From: Desulfatiglandales bacterium
Lineage (GTDB): Bacteria; Desulfobacterota; DSM-4660; Desulfatiglandales; Desulfatiglandaceae
DNA: 64,000 nucleotides
Direction of reading: 5' to 3'
Assembly: GCA_963666345.1 (NCBI GenBank)
Contig: OY762721.1
Span: 2,784,001 to 2,848,000, forward strand
This document shows positions 40,501 through 50,935 of this stretch, piece by piece; positions within the stretch are counted from its first letter, which is position 1, and every line of letters begins with the position of its first letter. A model generated the notes under the pieces. It did not search any database and had not been told where the DNA came from. It was given only the letters and a program-made list of their open reading frames with translations. A program made the position numbers and the translations under genes.

Positions 40501-41376
40501 ATGGAGTATGCCTTTTTTCTGGGATGTACCATCCCTGCAAGAGCAAGAAACTATGAGATGTCCGCCAGGAGGATATGTGACCTCCTTGGTATCAGACTCG
40601 TTAACATAAAGGAATTCATGTGCTGCGGTTTCCCTATAAGGGCCAGTGACATGGCCGCCTCTGAAGTCATGGCGGCGTACAATATGTGCCTTGCCCAGGA
40701 TATGAATCTGGAGATACTGACGTTATGCAGCTCTTGCGCCTCGGCTTTAACCGAAGCAGGGCAAAGAATTGAAAATGACCCTGTCTTAAGACGAAAGGTC
40801 AATGAACATCTTGGAGGGGCCGGCCTTAAATACAGGGGAGGAGCCAAGGTCAGGCATCTAGCAAGGGTACTGTATGAGAATTTTGATGAAAATGCTATTC
40901 GTAAATACCTGAAAAGAGATCTGGGTGACCTGAAGATCGCAGTTCACTATGGCTGTCACTATCTAAAACCATCAGAAATTTATGAGGGTTTTGATGATGT
41001 GGAGGATCCTGTTTCAATAGAAAGACTAGTTGAATATACCGGTGCGCAAGTTGTAGACTATAAAAACAAAAAGAAGTGCTGCGGCGGCCCGGTACTCCCA
41101 GTTGATGAAGAAGTCGCCCTTTCAGTGGCAAAGGAAAAACTGGACAATGTCAAAGATGCGGGGGCAGACGCTCTTTGCCTCGTGTGCCCCTTCTGTTCGG
41201 TAATGTACGATGGAAATCAGAAAGGAATAGAGGCCGGCAGCGGCGAAAGCTATAACATTCCGGTACTCTATCTTACCCAGGTATTGGGCATTGCAATGGG
41301 TTTTGACAGGAAGGAGCTCGGCCTCAACATGAACGTTGTGAAGACAAAGAAACTCCTTTGCAGATATTTCGATTGA
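40501..41376 (+). CDS. hdrB: Heterodisulfide reductase subunit B-like
   Basis: FLGC, CCG twice, HYGCH, CPFC. Confidence 0.92.
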   Translation: MEYAFFLGCTIPARARNYEMSARRICDLLGIRLVNIKEFMCCGFPIRASDMAASEVMAAYNMCLAQDMNLEILTLCSSCASALTEAGQRIENDPVLRRKVNEHLGGAGLKYRGGAKVRHLARVLYENFDENAIRKYLKRDLGDLKIAVHYGCHYLKPSEIYEGFDDVEDPVSIERLVEYTGAQVVDYKNKKKCCGGPVLPVDEEVALSVAKEKLDNVKDAGADALCLVCPFCSVMYDGNQKGIEAGSGESYNIPVLYLTQVLGIAMGFDRKELGLNMNVVKTKKLLCRYFD

Positions 41377-41422
41377 TTCCAATTTTGAGGAGGGCCGATC
41401 GTTTTGCAATCGGAAAGATTTA

Positions 41423-44400
41423 TCAAAGTCGGCTAATTCGCCCTATGGCCTCATCAAATTTTCCGGCAATGAGCATCTCAAATTCCTTCCCAAAATAGGT
41501 CCTGTTGACTTTTAGAAAGGACTTTGTACTTTCCCAGTATTTTGCTATGGCTTTACTGTCATCAAGTTTCAGCAGGAAGTTGTCTATTTCAATTATCTTT
41601 TCATTTTTCAATGTTTCCTTCCTCAACTCAAAGAGATCTGTCAACCTGTTTATTTGTTCTCCAGACAGGCCAAGCTCCAGAGATTCTGTCAGAAAGGTTT
41701 TTACCAGCCGGTGAAGTTCTATGACATCCGTAATTGATTCCATTTCCCTTTTTGCCCGATCTAAAAGCCTGTCGTTGATTTCAACCATCTTTTTTTCAAA
41801 GGCATTTTCAAGTAAAAGTTCATAATCCTCTGTGTGATAGGTATGTTTTCTGAGAGATCTGAGCGTGCGATGAAAATAATTCTTTAACCGCTCCGGATCG
41901 TTGATTTTTTCCATGTAGGCGATCTTTTGCGGTATGTTAAACCTGTCCTGAAAATCAACTAAAATAACGTTGTGTCTTTTATCATACCGAAGAATAATTC
42001 CCCTTCTCACCTTGAAGAATCTTCGCAGGGAAGAATCGTCATTCCAGAGATTTTCAAGGGCAAGGTCGCTCAGTTCGGCGTTAATCGCTTCGTAACGCCT
42101 TTCTATCTTTTTACACATTTCCAGAAAATTGACAAATGTCGGGATATTTTGACTGCAGACCTTGTCCACACCCTTCAGGGCAAGAAGTATGAGTTTAATC
42201 TGATTTTCATAGTTAAGGTAGCCACAAACTTTTTCGTACCCGAATATCCTAACCTTATCGTCGGTTAGACAATTTAGAAGAAAATGCCTCTTTTCTTCTT
42301 CAAGCTCGTTGAGGGTATTGTAAATCCTGAAGGCCTCAAATAGTTCCTTTTCGAATGTGGAGTAGCCTATATTGGAAAAACTGCGCTTTTTGTATATGAA
42401 CTTCAGCGGGGTCTTCATGATAAAATCAGCAATTTCGGAAAACTCAATGTAATTAATGCCGCACAGTTTGAAGAAACGTTCCATTGAAAAGATCATTTTG
42501 CCTGAAGCGATTATGTCAGCCTGGGAGGGCTTTTTCCATTCAGGTGATTCAAGGAGTTCTGATTCGGAGACCCTCTTTTCAAGCCCTTTTTCCGTGTATA
42601 GGTCCAAAGCAAAATAAAGATAGCCTTTTTGTAAAAAAATTCGGCTCAAATGTTCATCAAGATCTGTTTCCTTTTTTATGACCCTGTGACACAGATGCAT
42701 GAGCGCAAATAATCGCTTTGCAAGATCCTCCATGATCAAGTCCTCTTTTATCGCGGAAAGCATTATAAAAGAGATAAGGAAGAAGGCCTCGCAAAGTTCA
42801 ATGTCCTCGGGGTCGGTTACTTCGCGGAGCGCGCACTGGCATATCTCTCCCCGTATTATGTGAAGGAGCAGGCTGTGATATCTGACCATGAAAATCAAGG
42901 CGTTTCCGCCTACAGGCCCCAGCCCGCATTTTGCTGCAATTTGTTCCTTTTCGATTATTACGGCGCCTGCATGGGCCATGTCAGCCGGGTTTATCGCACG
43001 GCTGTATTTTTTTCTCAGGCCTTCAATCCTGCCGATATCCTGATACACTAAGGCTCTGACAAATGCATCAAAAAGCTCCCTGTTATCTCTTAGCTTGGAT
43101 GTAATGTCTTCCAGTTTTTCTATCTGACTTTCACTAACTCCAACTATTCCGGTTGCCATCGGACCGAATTCTTTTTGGGCGATTTTGTGCAGGAAATGAA
43201 TGTTCTGGAAAGTTCTTCGCTCTTTATTCACAAGGGCCTGTAGCTTTTTAGTAGAGGTCAATATGTATTCAGTCGGTGAGCCTGTCATATATTTATGCCA
43301 TCTCAAATCGTATTCTTTCATCGCCATGAATTCGGGAATAATGAATTCCAGCAGGGAAGGCGCCTTTTCATAAAGAAGAGATAGGTTGGAGAATATTTTT
43401 TCCGGCACAAAGATAATTTGATATAATATTGATTTTAGTTTGGTTCTTAAGTTCCCCGCTCTTTTGAACCACTGTTTTTGCCTTTTAGGCATCTGAAAAT
43501 CAAATCTCTTCTGTTCCAGTATCAAAAGATGACTTTGATAGAAACTCTCCAGATCGGGAAAAAGCAGCGCAATGTTTTCGAGCTTTTCAGGCGGAATCGA
43601 TGGGCTGAGCCAGTCTTCGGATTTGTCCAGTAATGTGTTCAGCCGGTCTATTATTTTTTCCATATCCAGACAATCAATTTCCAGGGCATTTATTTCTTTG
43701 TTGAGCCTGAACTGAAAACCCGTTCCAACAATAAATGAAGAACCGTTTTGGAGCAGTTGCTGCCTGAACTGCTCCAGAAAGAGGCGTTCAAGATGCTGGA
43801 TGCTGATTTCCTCAGCCTCGAATTCAATTTTTGTGATTCTATCATTTATTTCGGATTGTTCGGTTTCCGCAAGAACAGGATTGAAATTAACCACTTCGCA
43901 AGGGGCGACATTTATCGCTATCCAAAGCAAGATAAATACATGCTTGCTGTTCATTTTTTCAAATAAGTGCCCTGTACCATGAAATTCCAGAGCAAGAAAT
44001 TTCCGGTAAAACGTAGGAAACTGAATGGGGTCGGAATGGAGATAGGTCCTTTCAAATCGATCAAGGGTGTTGAGAAGTCTTATTATATTTTCGATTCTTT
44101 CGAGGTTAAGTTTATCGTAGTCGGAGAGTGCCTCCTTTTCCATCGCCCCCTTCTCTTTCAATTCGCTCCAGTTGTCAAGAAACTCGAAGTGATTTATCAT
44201 CATGAGAAGTTTTCTGATAATTTTATTTTGGACGCCTCCGATTGCCGAAGTTTCTTCATCATGAATTCGGTCCCAGTCAAGGTTACAATTGGTAACAACT
44301 CTTATGGCGGATTCATATAATCGGAATAGTTCTCCCATTTCTTCCTGTGACAGTTCTGAACCTCTGGCCGCTTCTGTTTCGGCCATCGTCATGAGAAGAC

Positions 44401-46135
44401 AATAGCGAAGAATATTGGTGGCATCCTGGGTGTTGTAGGTCTTTGCGAGATCACAGGCCGCCCCCAGTGCCTTTTCGGACATCTTCCCCGAAATTATGCG
44501 ACCCATGGGGGTGTGGCCCAATATAATAAGAAAAATTTCCCGTAATTCTCCGTGAGTGAAACCGAAGAAGGGAAGGACCTCGAATTTTTCAAAAATACTG
44601 GTCCTTGTTCCCTCAATCATTTCAGGATTAAAGAGAGCTTTTATTCTTTCAAGAAGCCTTACTTTGCTTTTGAGGCTTAAGACATCATCTATTGCATAAA
44701 ATCTTTGTAATTTATTCTCAAAAGGTTGTCTAATACGATCGATAAAATATTTTGGCAAATTGTGATAATTGCCTTTTTCAAGCCTGTCAAGGGTTTTAAG
44801 GGTATCTATGACATATTCAAAGGAGTTTCTGTATTCAGCCAGAAGTTCAAAAGGGCACCCGGTCAATTTGGATTCTACAAGCTCATGAATAATTTCATGC
44901 AAAGTTACCTTGAGAGGTTTTTTTCTCCCCAGAAAGGTAAGCATATATTTGGGAGTGTATTCGGAAAAAGAATATTTTTGTTCCCATTCGTCCCTTATGT
45001 TTTGGGGAATTACGGGCCTCAGCAATATTTCATTAAAATAGGTGTGAAGAAGCCTTGACCAGTTTTTCTTCTGTTCCCCCAGAAAGGACAAAAGATTCAG
45101 TGGGAAATTGAGATATGAAAGCGAATTTAAATCTTCAAGGGTCAGGCCGTTAAGATCTTTTCCTTTTAACAATCGGTCAACTACTTCCTGCTCAATGTAA
45201 AAGCCCCCCAGATATTTCTGGAAATCAAAGATATTCACATCCAGGGTATTTTGCTCAAATTTGTACTTAAATTTTGTCCTGAAGATATGAGTAAAGAGGG
45301 CGAACTTTTTCTCCTCCTCGACAGAATTAAAGGTCACTCTGGCGGTTTTGTCGCCTTTTGGGGTGTGATGATCTGAAATAATGAATATCTCTCCATCCGG
45401 TTGGAGCAGGTTGTAGATTTTCCAGAAAAGATACATCGCATAATGGTTGATTACAGTCGTGGATGGTTTGCGTTGCGAAGGGGTCCTGAAGCGTTCCATG
45501 ATCATGATTTCAAAAGGGTCGGTGGTAAGGATGGCAAGATCAACTTTATCCTTTTCCGCTCTCAATCTTTCGATCGAGTCTATCAGCAGGAACTGGTGCT
45601 CTTTGAAGCGCAGGGAGAGCTCTTGAAGTATTAGATCGTCCTGATGAGATATGACGGCAATTTTCTGCTGTTCTTTGAGATATTTTTTACGGTGGGAAAT
45701 AATGACTTTGCTGATCTGATCAACCTTGGCCATTATATGTGTGAATGTATTTGATATGAGATGCCTGGGAATCAGATAGTAGATTTTTCCAAGTTTTGAA
45801 AATCTTATTAAAAGACCGATTTTTTTAAATATCGTGTTAAGCTCTTTGTAATTTTTTTTCAGTCCTTCCGCATCTTCTGCAGGAATATTGTAGAGCATTC
45901 CCAGATCCTTGGGGGAGAGTCTCTCTGATACCTCAAAAAGCCCGAGGCCGTAGGCGTTGCCCCCGAATCGGCTTTGAAGTTGAGAGGGGTGTTTCGATGC
46001 CGCTATCGTACCGACCGGGATGTCTGACGGGTCTATGCCGAATTTTTCGAAATTTTCAGGCTTGATGAATGCAAAGGGATCTTGCTGCCAGTAGGTCTTT
46101 GACGGGAGAAACGAAAGAAGGTCGGATTCAGACAA
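41423..46135 (-). CDS. Very large hypothetical protein (1570 aa) with a putative Rossmann/methyltransferase-like segment and degenerate HD-like helical modules
   Basis: Uninterrupted 4.7-kb ORF; TTG start with AGGA RBS; domain calls made by eye. Confidence 0.85.
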   Translation of the reverse strand: MSESDLLSFLPSKTYWQQDPFAFIKPENFEKFGIDPSDIPVGTIAASKHPSQLQSRFGGNAYGLGLFEVSERLSPKDLGMLYNIPAEDAEGLKKNYKELNTIFKKIGLLIRFSKLGKIYYLIPRHLISNTFTHIMAKVDQISKVIISHRKKYLKEQQKIAVISHQDDLILQELSLRFKEHQFLLIDSIERLRAEKDKVDLAILTTDPFEIMIMERFRTPSQRKPSTTVINHYAMYLFWKIYNLLQPDGEIFIISDHHTPKGDKTARVTFNSVEEEKKFALFTHIFRTKFKYKFEQNTLDVNIFDFQKYLGGFYIEQEVVDRLLKGKDLNGLTLEDLNSLSYLNFPLNLLSFLGEQKKNWSRLLHTYFNEILLRPVIPQNIRDEWEQKYSFSEYTPKYMLTFLGRKKPLKVTLHEIIHELVESKLTGCPFELLAEYRNSFEYVIDTLKTLDRLEKGNYHNLPKYFIDRIRQPFENKLQRFYAIDDVLSLKSKVRLLERIKALFNPEMIEGTRTSIFEKFEVLPFFGFTHGELREIFLIILGHTPMGRIISGKMSEKALGAACDLAKTYNTQDATNILRYCLLMTMAETEAARGSELSQEEMGELFRLYESAIRVVTNCNLDWDRIHDEETSAIGGVQNKIIRKLLMMINHFEFLDNWSELKEKGAMEKEALSDYDKLNLERIENIIRLLNTLDRFERTYLHSDPIQFPTFYRKFLALEFHGTGHLFEKMNSKHVFILLWIAINVAPCEVVNFNPVLAETEQSEINDRITKIEFEAEEISIQHLERLFLEQFRQQLLQNGSSFIVGTGFQFRLNKEINALEIDCLDMEKIIDRLNTLLDKSEDWLSPSIPPEKLENIALLFPDLESFYQSHLLILEQKRFDFQMPKRQKQWFKRAGNLRTKLKSILYQIIFVPEKIFSNLSLLYEKAPSLLEFIIPEFMAMKEYDLRWHKYMTGSPTEYILTSTKKLQALVNKERRTFQNIHFLHKIAQKEFGPMATGIVGVSESQIEKLEDITSKLRDNRELFDAFVRALVYQDIGRIEGLRKKYSRAINPADMAHAGAVIIEKEQIAAKCGLGPVGGNALIFMVRYHSLLLHIIRGEICQCALREVTDPEDIELCEAFFLISFIMLSAIKEDLIMEDLAKRLFALMHLCHRVIKKETDLDEHLSRIFLQKGYLYFALDLYTEKGLEKRVSESELLESPEWKKPSQADIIASGKMIFSMERFFKLCGINYIEFSEIADFIMKTPLKFIYKKRSFSNIGYSTFEKELFEAFRIYNTLNELEEEKRHFLLNCLTDDKVRIFGYEKVCGYLNYENQIKLILLALKGVDKVCSQNIPTFVNFLEMCKKIERRYEAINAELSDLALENLWNDDSSLRRFFKVRRGIILRYDKRHNVILVDFQDRFNIPQKIAYMEKINDPERLKNYFHRTLRSLRKHTYHTEDYELLLENAFEKKMVEINDRLLDRAKREMESITDVIELHRLVKTFLTESLELGLSGEQINRLTDLFELRKETLKNEKIIEIDNFLLKLDDSKAIAKYWESTKSFLKVNRTYFGKEFEMLIAGKFDEAIGRISRL

Positions 46136-46151
46136 TTGCTTCCTATTATAC

Positions 46152-46955
46152 CTACAACCAACGTTTCCTGCGTTTGTAGGATTTTACGTCTTTATAAGAT
46201 TTAAGTTGTCCCGAGGCGGCGGTCCCGAGGTAAAATTCTTTCACATCAGGATTTTCCCTCAAGTCCTCGGCTGTATTTTCCATGACTATTTTGCCGTTTT
46301 CCATGACATAGCCGTAGTGAGCGATCTGCAGGGCCATGTTGGCATTTTGCTCCACTACCATTAGCGTTGTTTTCTGTTCCTCGTTGATTCTCCTGATAAT
46401 TTGAAAAATTTCTTTTACCAAGAGAGGCGCGAGACCCAGGGAAGGTTCATCCAGAAGCAACAGGCTTGGATGGGCCATGAGTGCCCTGCCTATAACCAGC
46501 ATCTGAAGTTCACCACCACTGCAGTAGCCTGCCATTGCTTTCTTCCTGGCAAGTAAAGCCGGAAAATAATCATATACCATTTCCAGATCTTTTTTAAAAG
46601 GTTTACCCCATCTTGTTGCGGTTCCTACCCTGAGGTTTTCTTCAACGGTTAGGTATTTGAATTCCTGCCTTCCTTCCAGTACCTGGATTATCCCTTTTCT
46701 GGTAATCTGTTCAGGGGATGAATTTTGAATTGATTTGCCGTCATAATGTATAGACCCCTCGGTTACCTTGCCGTTTTCAGGCTTCAGCAGGCCCGAAATC
46801 GCCTTTAGCGTAGTAGTCTTGCCGGCGCCGTTACTGCCGAGCAGTGATACTATTTGGCCTTTTGGTATGGTTAGAGAAACTCCCTTCAGGACCTGTATCA
46901 CGTCAGAATATACAACGCTTATGTTATTTATGAGCAATCTGATATTATCTTCCAT
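46152..46955 (-). CDS. HAAT-family ABC transporter ATP-binding protein (LivF-like)
   Basis: GSNGAGKTT, SGGELQM, LLLDEPSLGLAP. Confidence 0.92.
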   Translation of the reverse strand: MEDNIRLLINNISVVYSDVIQVLKGVSLTIPKGQIVSLLGSNGAGKTTTLKAISGLLKPENGKVTEGSIHYDGKSIQNSSPEQITRKGIIQVLEGRQEFKYLTVEENLRVGTATRWGKPFKKDLEMVYDYFPALLARKKAMAGYCSGGELQMLVIGRALMAHPSLLLLDEPSLGLAPLLVKEIFQIIRRINEEQKTTLMVVEQNANMALQIAHYGYVMENGKIVMENTAEDLRENPDVKEFYLGTAASGQLKSYKDVKSYKRRKRWL

Positions 46956-46969
46956 AATCCGGAAACCTC

Positions 46970-48040
46970 TCAATATGAGAAAGGCCACAGTCTGAAACTT
47001 GATCGTACAATCCTCCAGACCTCTGCCAAGCCTTTTGGTTCAAATATAATAAATAAAACAATGGCCAGACCGAAGATGAATTCTCTCAAGGGGGCTATCG
47101 TAATAGCAACACCTGAGGAGGCCCCCACATTCATAAGAAATTCAGTAGCCAGACCGAGCAATTCGTTCAAGAGTACTATGAATGATGCGCCGAATACGGC
47201 CCCGGGGATACTTCCAAGGCCGCCTATGATTATCATGGCAATGAATTCGATTGAAAGCCAGAGGTTGAAAGGTTCCGGCGTAATACTCATCATGTAATGG
47301 GCGTAAAGTGCACCAGCGAATCCGGCATAAAAGGAACTTATTGCAAATGAAATGAGTTTATATCCGAAAACAGGTATTCCCATCCCTTCCGCCGCCCTGT
47401 CATTGTCCCTTATAGCTATGAATGCTCTGCCGAAACGAGTCCTTACAATATTTACCGCCATCCATGTCAGGATGACAAAACATATAAATATTACATAAAA
47501 AAAACGTTTGTCCGTTCCCAGGTCGAGTCCGAAAAAGTTCACCTCGGACACGATTATTCCCTCGGCTCCACCTGTAAGGCTCTCCCATTGAACGAAGACA
47601 TATTCGATGATGAACTGACCAGCAAGAGTTGCGATAAGAAGATATAGATGTTTGAGCCTGGCGGAGGGTAGTCCGAATATTATCCCGACAGCAGCGGTAA
47701 CTAATCCGGCAGCCGGCACCGCTAATATAAAAGGAAATCCTGCTTTCGTAGCAAGGATCGCGCCGGCGTAGGCGCCTACACCGAAAAATGCGCCGTGACC
47801 AAGTGAGATTTGTCCTGTGTATCCTATGAGTAGATTCAATCCAATTGCAGAAATAGAGAAAATTCCGATTGTATTTAAGATATATAAGATATACGGGCTG
47901 CTGATAAAAGGAATTATACCAAAAAGAGCTACCAAGCCTATGAGTGTCCAAAAACGACCGAAATCCGTTTCAAAAACCGTCAGTTCTTCGCGGTAGGATT
48001 CTTTGAAATTTCCGCAAGGGTGTAACTGGAACTTTCGCAT
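46970..48040 (-). CDS. HAAT-family ABC permease (LivM-like)
   Basis: GYTGQISLGHGAF, GRAFIAIRDN, IIGGLGS. Confidence 0.92.
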   Translation of the reverse strand: MRKFQLHPCGNFKESYREELTVFETDFGRFWTLIGLVALFGIIPFISSPYILYILNTIGIFSISAIGLNLLIGYTGQISLGHGAFFGVGAYAGAILATKAGFPFILAVPAAGLVTAAVGIIFGLPSARLKHLYLLIATLAGQFIIEYVFVQWESLTGGAEGIIVSEVNFFGLDLGTDKRFFYVIFICFVILTWMAVNIVRTRFGRAFIAIRDNDRAAEGMGIPVFGYKLISFAISSFYAGFAGALYAHYMMSITPEPFNLWLSIEFIAMIIIGGLGSIPGAVFGASFIVLLNELLGLATEFLMNVGASSGVAITIAPLREFIFGLAIVLFIIFEPKGLAEVWRIVRSSFRLWPFSY

Positions 48041-48065
48041 CTGATATCTGCCCTCCCTATATAGT

Positions 48066-48944
48066 CTAGACCCGCTCAATTTCTACAAGGCCAAAAAGTC
48101 CATAGGGCTTTATCATAAGTATAAGGACCAAGACAATGTATGGCACGACCTCTCTCAGGGAGGTTGAAATATATCCTCCTGTAAAGGTCTCCAGTAATCC
48201 TATTATTACTCCTCCAAGTATGGCTCCCCCGATACTGTCCAGACCGCCGAGAATTACAACGGGAAATACCTTCAGGCCGATTGAACTCAATTCGTGAACG
48301 TTTATTCCATTTATGATCCCGAGGACTATGCCGCTTATGGCCGCAACTATAAATGCAATAGCCCATGACAGGGCGAAGACCCTTCTTACATGGACACCGA
48401 GAGACAGGGCCGCAGGCTGATTATCGGCAACCGACCTCATGTATATACCCTGAGAGGAGTATTTGAAAAAAAAGCCGAATATGACAAGGAAAATAATCCC
48501 GATTATAAATGACGCTACATACACCGAAGGGATTTGGATGTAGCCCATGCTTACGGACAGCCCCTCAGGTAGAAACTTCGGATAATCGTGGATATCCCCT
48601 CCAAAGATGAATAGAAGCAGCCCTTTGAACATGATCCCCAGTCCCAGGGTAAGCATTATGACTTCGATCAGATTTTCACCTATCAGGGGCCTGAGAAAAA
48701 ATTTTTCAACAACAAATCCCAACGCGAACGTGCCGACCAGTGTAAGAGCAAAAGCCAGGATTATCGGAAGGTTAGCCCATGAGGATAAAGCAAGAAAAAG
48801 AAATGCGCCGATAGCAAGGAGTTCGCCATGGGCGAGATTAAGGACACTACTGGATTTGAATATCATTACAAACCCCAGTGCCGACAGGGCATAAAGAAAA
48901 CCCAAAGACAATCCGTTTACAAGCAATTGGAGAAAAAATTCCAT
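48066..48944 (-). CDS. HAAT-family ABC permease (LivH-like)
   Basis: NLAHGE, VVILGGLDS, KPYGLFG. Confidence 0.92.
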   Translation of the reverse strand: MEFFLQLLVNGLSLGFLYALSALGFVMIFKSSSVLNLAHGELLAIGAFLFLALSSWANLPIILAFALTLVGTFALGFVVEKFFLRPLIGENLIEVIMLTLGLGIMFKGLLLFIFGGDIHDYPKFLPEGLSVSMGYIQIPSVYVASFIIGIIFLVIFGFFFKYSSQGIYMRSVADNQPAALSLGVHVRRVFALSWAIAFIVAAISGIVLGIINGINVHELSSIGLKVFPVVILGGLDSIGGAILGGVIIGLLETFTGGYISTSLREVVPYIVLVLILMIKPYGLFGLVEIERV

Positions 48945-48963
48945 TCCCGTCTACTCCTTGTTA

Positions 48964-50913
48964 TTATACTGTCAATATCCTCACGAATGTTTCAATCGTA
49001 CCGACGTGTCCGTCTCTGTACCTGATCTGGCCTTTTACAGGCAGTTCCTTTTTGTCCGAGTACATCGCCTGTATAAGGTCTTTATACTGCTCAAAGACAA
49101 ATTTTCTTCTTACTTTTCCTGTCCTTGTCAGTTCTTCGTCATCCGCGTCGAGCAGTTTATATAAGATAATGATCTTGACAAGCTGCATCGGTTTCGGGAG
49201 TTGAGTATTAACCTCCTTTGTTTCATCTATGATAAGCCCTTCCACTTGAGTTTGCTGTGATAAATCGGTATAGGTGGTATAGGGTATTTTTCTATCCTCG
49301 GCCCAGTTTCCCACATTGCCGAAATCGATATTTATAAAGGCTGTAAGATATGGCTGCCCTTCTCCCCAGACTACCGCCTCTTTGATATAAGGACTGAATT
49401 TCAGCCTTGTTTCTATGAAGTCGGGAGAAAACGCTTCCCCCTCCTTCGTCCTTATTATATCTTCTTTTCTCCCGATAATAAGCAGATGCCCGTCTTCGTC
49501 AAAATATCCGGCATCTCCGGTATAAAACCATCCATCCCTTAAAGCCTCGGAGGTTGCTGCAGGATTTTCATAGTAACCCACAAAGTTGGATTTGCTTAGA
49601 ACGATTACTTCCTGATCTTCCAAGATTTTTACTTCAGTTCGCGGAAGCGGCGTTCCCACGGTTTCCGGTTTTACCTCGTCATCCGGCTGCACCTGAAAAA
49701 TCCCTGCAGATTCGGTTAGTCCGTAACATTGCTTTAAGTTAAGACCGTTCCCCCGGAAAAACCTTATCACGTCGGGACTGATGGGGTGACCGCCTGTATA
49801 GGCCGCCCTGAAATTAAAGCAGCCAATCCTGTCCATAAGGGGCCGTGATACGAGCCATTCTGTCATCCAGCTTTTTAATTTGAGGCTGAAAGGCGGGGGT
49901 TTTTTCACTGATTCCAGCTCGACAACCTGGGCACCTATTTTTTGAGACACCGCATAGAGTTTCCGTTTTATAAATCCGGCGTCAGCGATCTTCACCCTTA
50001 TCTTTGAGGCAAGATCCTCCCAGAACCTTGAGGATGTGACTATGACGGTAGGACCGATTTCCCTGAAATCCTCTGTCGCTGTTTCAAAGGTTTCAGGAAA
50101 ATTCATTATCATACCCCCGCACAGGGTTATCCCCACACCCCATATCTGGTCCACGATCCATGCAGTTGGGGTTATGGAGATCCAATTGTCACCGATGCCT
50201 ACGGGAGCTGTTTCCAGCCACTTGTGAGACATCTCGGTGAAGTTTTCATAGCTGAGCATGACAAGCTTGGGAAGTCCTGTTGTGCCGGATGTCATAAGCA
50301 TCAGGGCGATGTCTTCAGGCCTGCCCTCCCACAGTTCCTTGATGAACAGGTCGGGTTGCTCCTTATCCAGTTCCTCTCCAATCTCAAGAAGCTGCCTAAA
50401 GCTGATCAACCATGGATCGTCTCCATAGTTTCTCATGCCCGTGGGGTCGATATAAATCAAGCGCTGAATATGAGACAGTTCATCGCGGCGGGAGAGGAGT
50501 TTATCCACCTGTTCCTGGTCCTGTGCAAAGGCAAAGCTCGCTTTCATCCTGTTCAATCCGTAGACAAGCTCCTTAGCAACGGCAGAGGTGAACAGGTTTA
50601 GTGTCTCGCTGCCTATCGCCTGGGCACCCAACTCACTGAAAAGCCATTCAGGATGGTTATCTACAACCAAACCCACCTTTTGACCTCTCTTGAGTCCAAG
50701 TGAAATAAGCCCCAATGCCACACGTCTGGTATAAGTCAGATAGTCTTTCCAGCTGAAGGTCTGCCAGACACCGTAGGCTTTTTCTCTTATGGCGATATTA
50801 TCGTCACCCAACCTCTCCGCCTGTTTTGCAAGTATCTGCGGAAATGTAAATTTGGTCAGAGAGGATAGGGTTTCAGCATCAATACGATTGATTTTTGCGC
50901 TAATTGAATTCAT
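48964..50913 (-). CDS. Long-chain fatty acid--CoA ligase (AMP-binding)
   Basis: TSGTTGLPK, YGLTE, TGDAG, GRKEDII, ELTRTGKVRR. Confidence 0.9.
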   Translation of the reverse strand: MNSISAKINRIDAETLSSLTKFTFPQILAKQAERLGDDNIAIREKAYGVWQTFSWKDYLTYTRRVALGLISLGLKRGQKVGLVVDNHPEWLFSELGAQAIGSETLNLFTSAVAKELVYGLNRMKASFAFAQDQEQVDKLLSRRDELSHIQRLIYIDPTGMRNYGDDPWLISFRQLLEIGEELDKEQPDLFIKELWEGRPEDIALMLMTSGTTGLPKLVMLSYENFTEMSHKWLETAPVGIGDNWISITPTAWIVDQIWGVGITLCGGMIMNFPETFETATEDFREIGPTVIVTSSRFWEDLASKIRVKIADAGFIKRKLYAVSQKIGAQVVELESVKKPPPFSLKLKSWMTEWLVSRPLMDRIGCFNFRAAYTGGHPISPDVIRFFRGNGLNLKQCYGLTESAGIFQVQPDDEVKPETVGTPLPRTEVKILEDQEVIVLSKSNFVGYYENPAATSEALRDGWFYTGDAGYFDEDGHLLIIGRKEDIIRTKEGEAFSPDFIETRLKFSPYIKEAVVWGEGQPYLTAFINIDFGNVGNWAEDRKIPYTTYTDLSQQTQVEGLIIDETKEVNTQLPKPMQLVKIIILYKLLDADDEELTRTGKVRRKFVFEQYKDLIQAMYSDKKELPVKGQIRYRDGHVGTIETFVRILTV

Positions 50914-50935
50914 TTTCTATCTGGAGAATTAAAGG

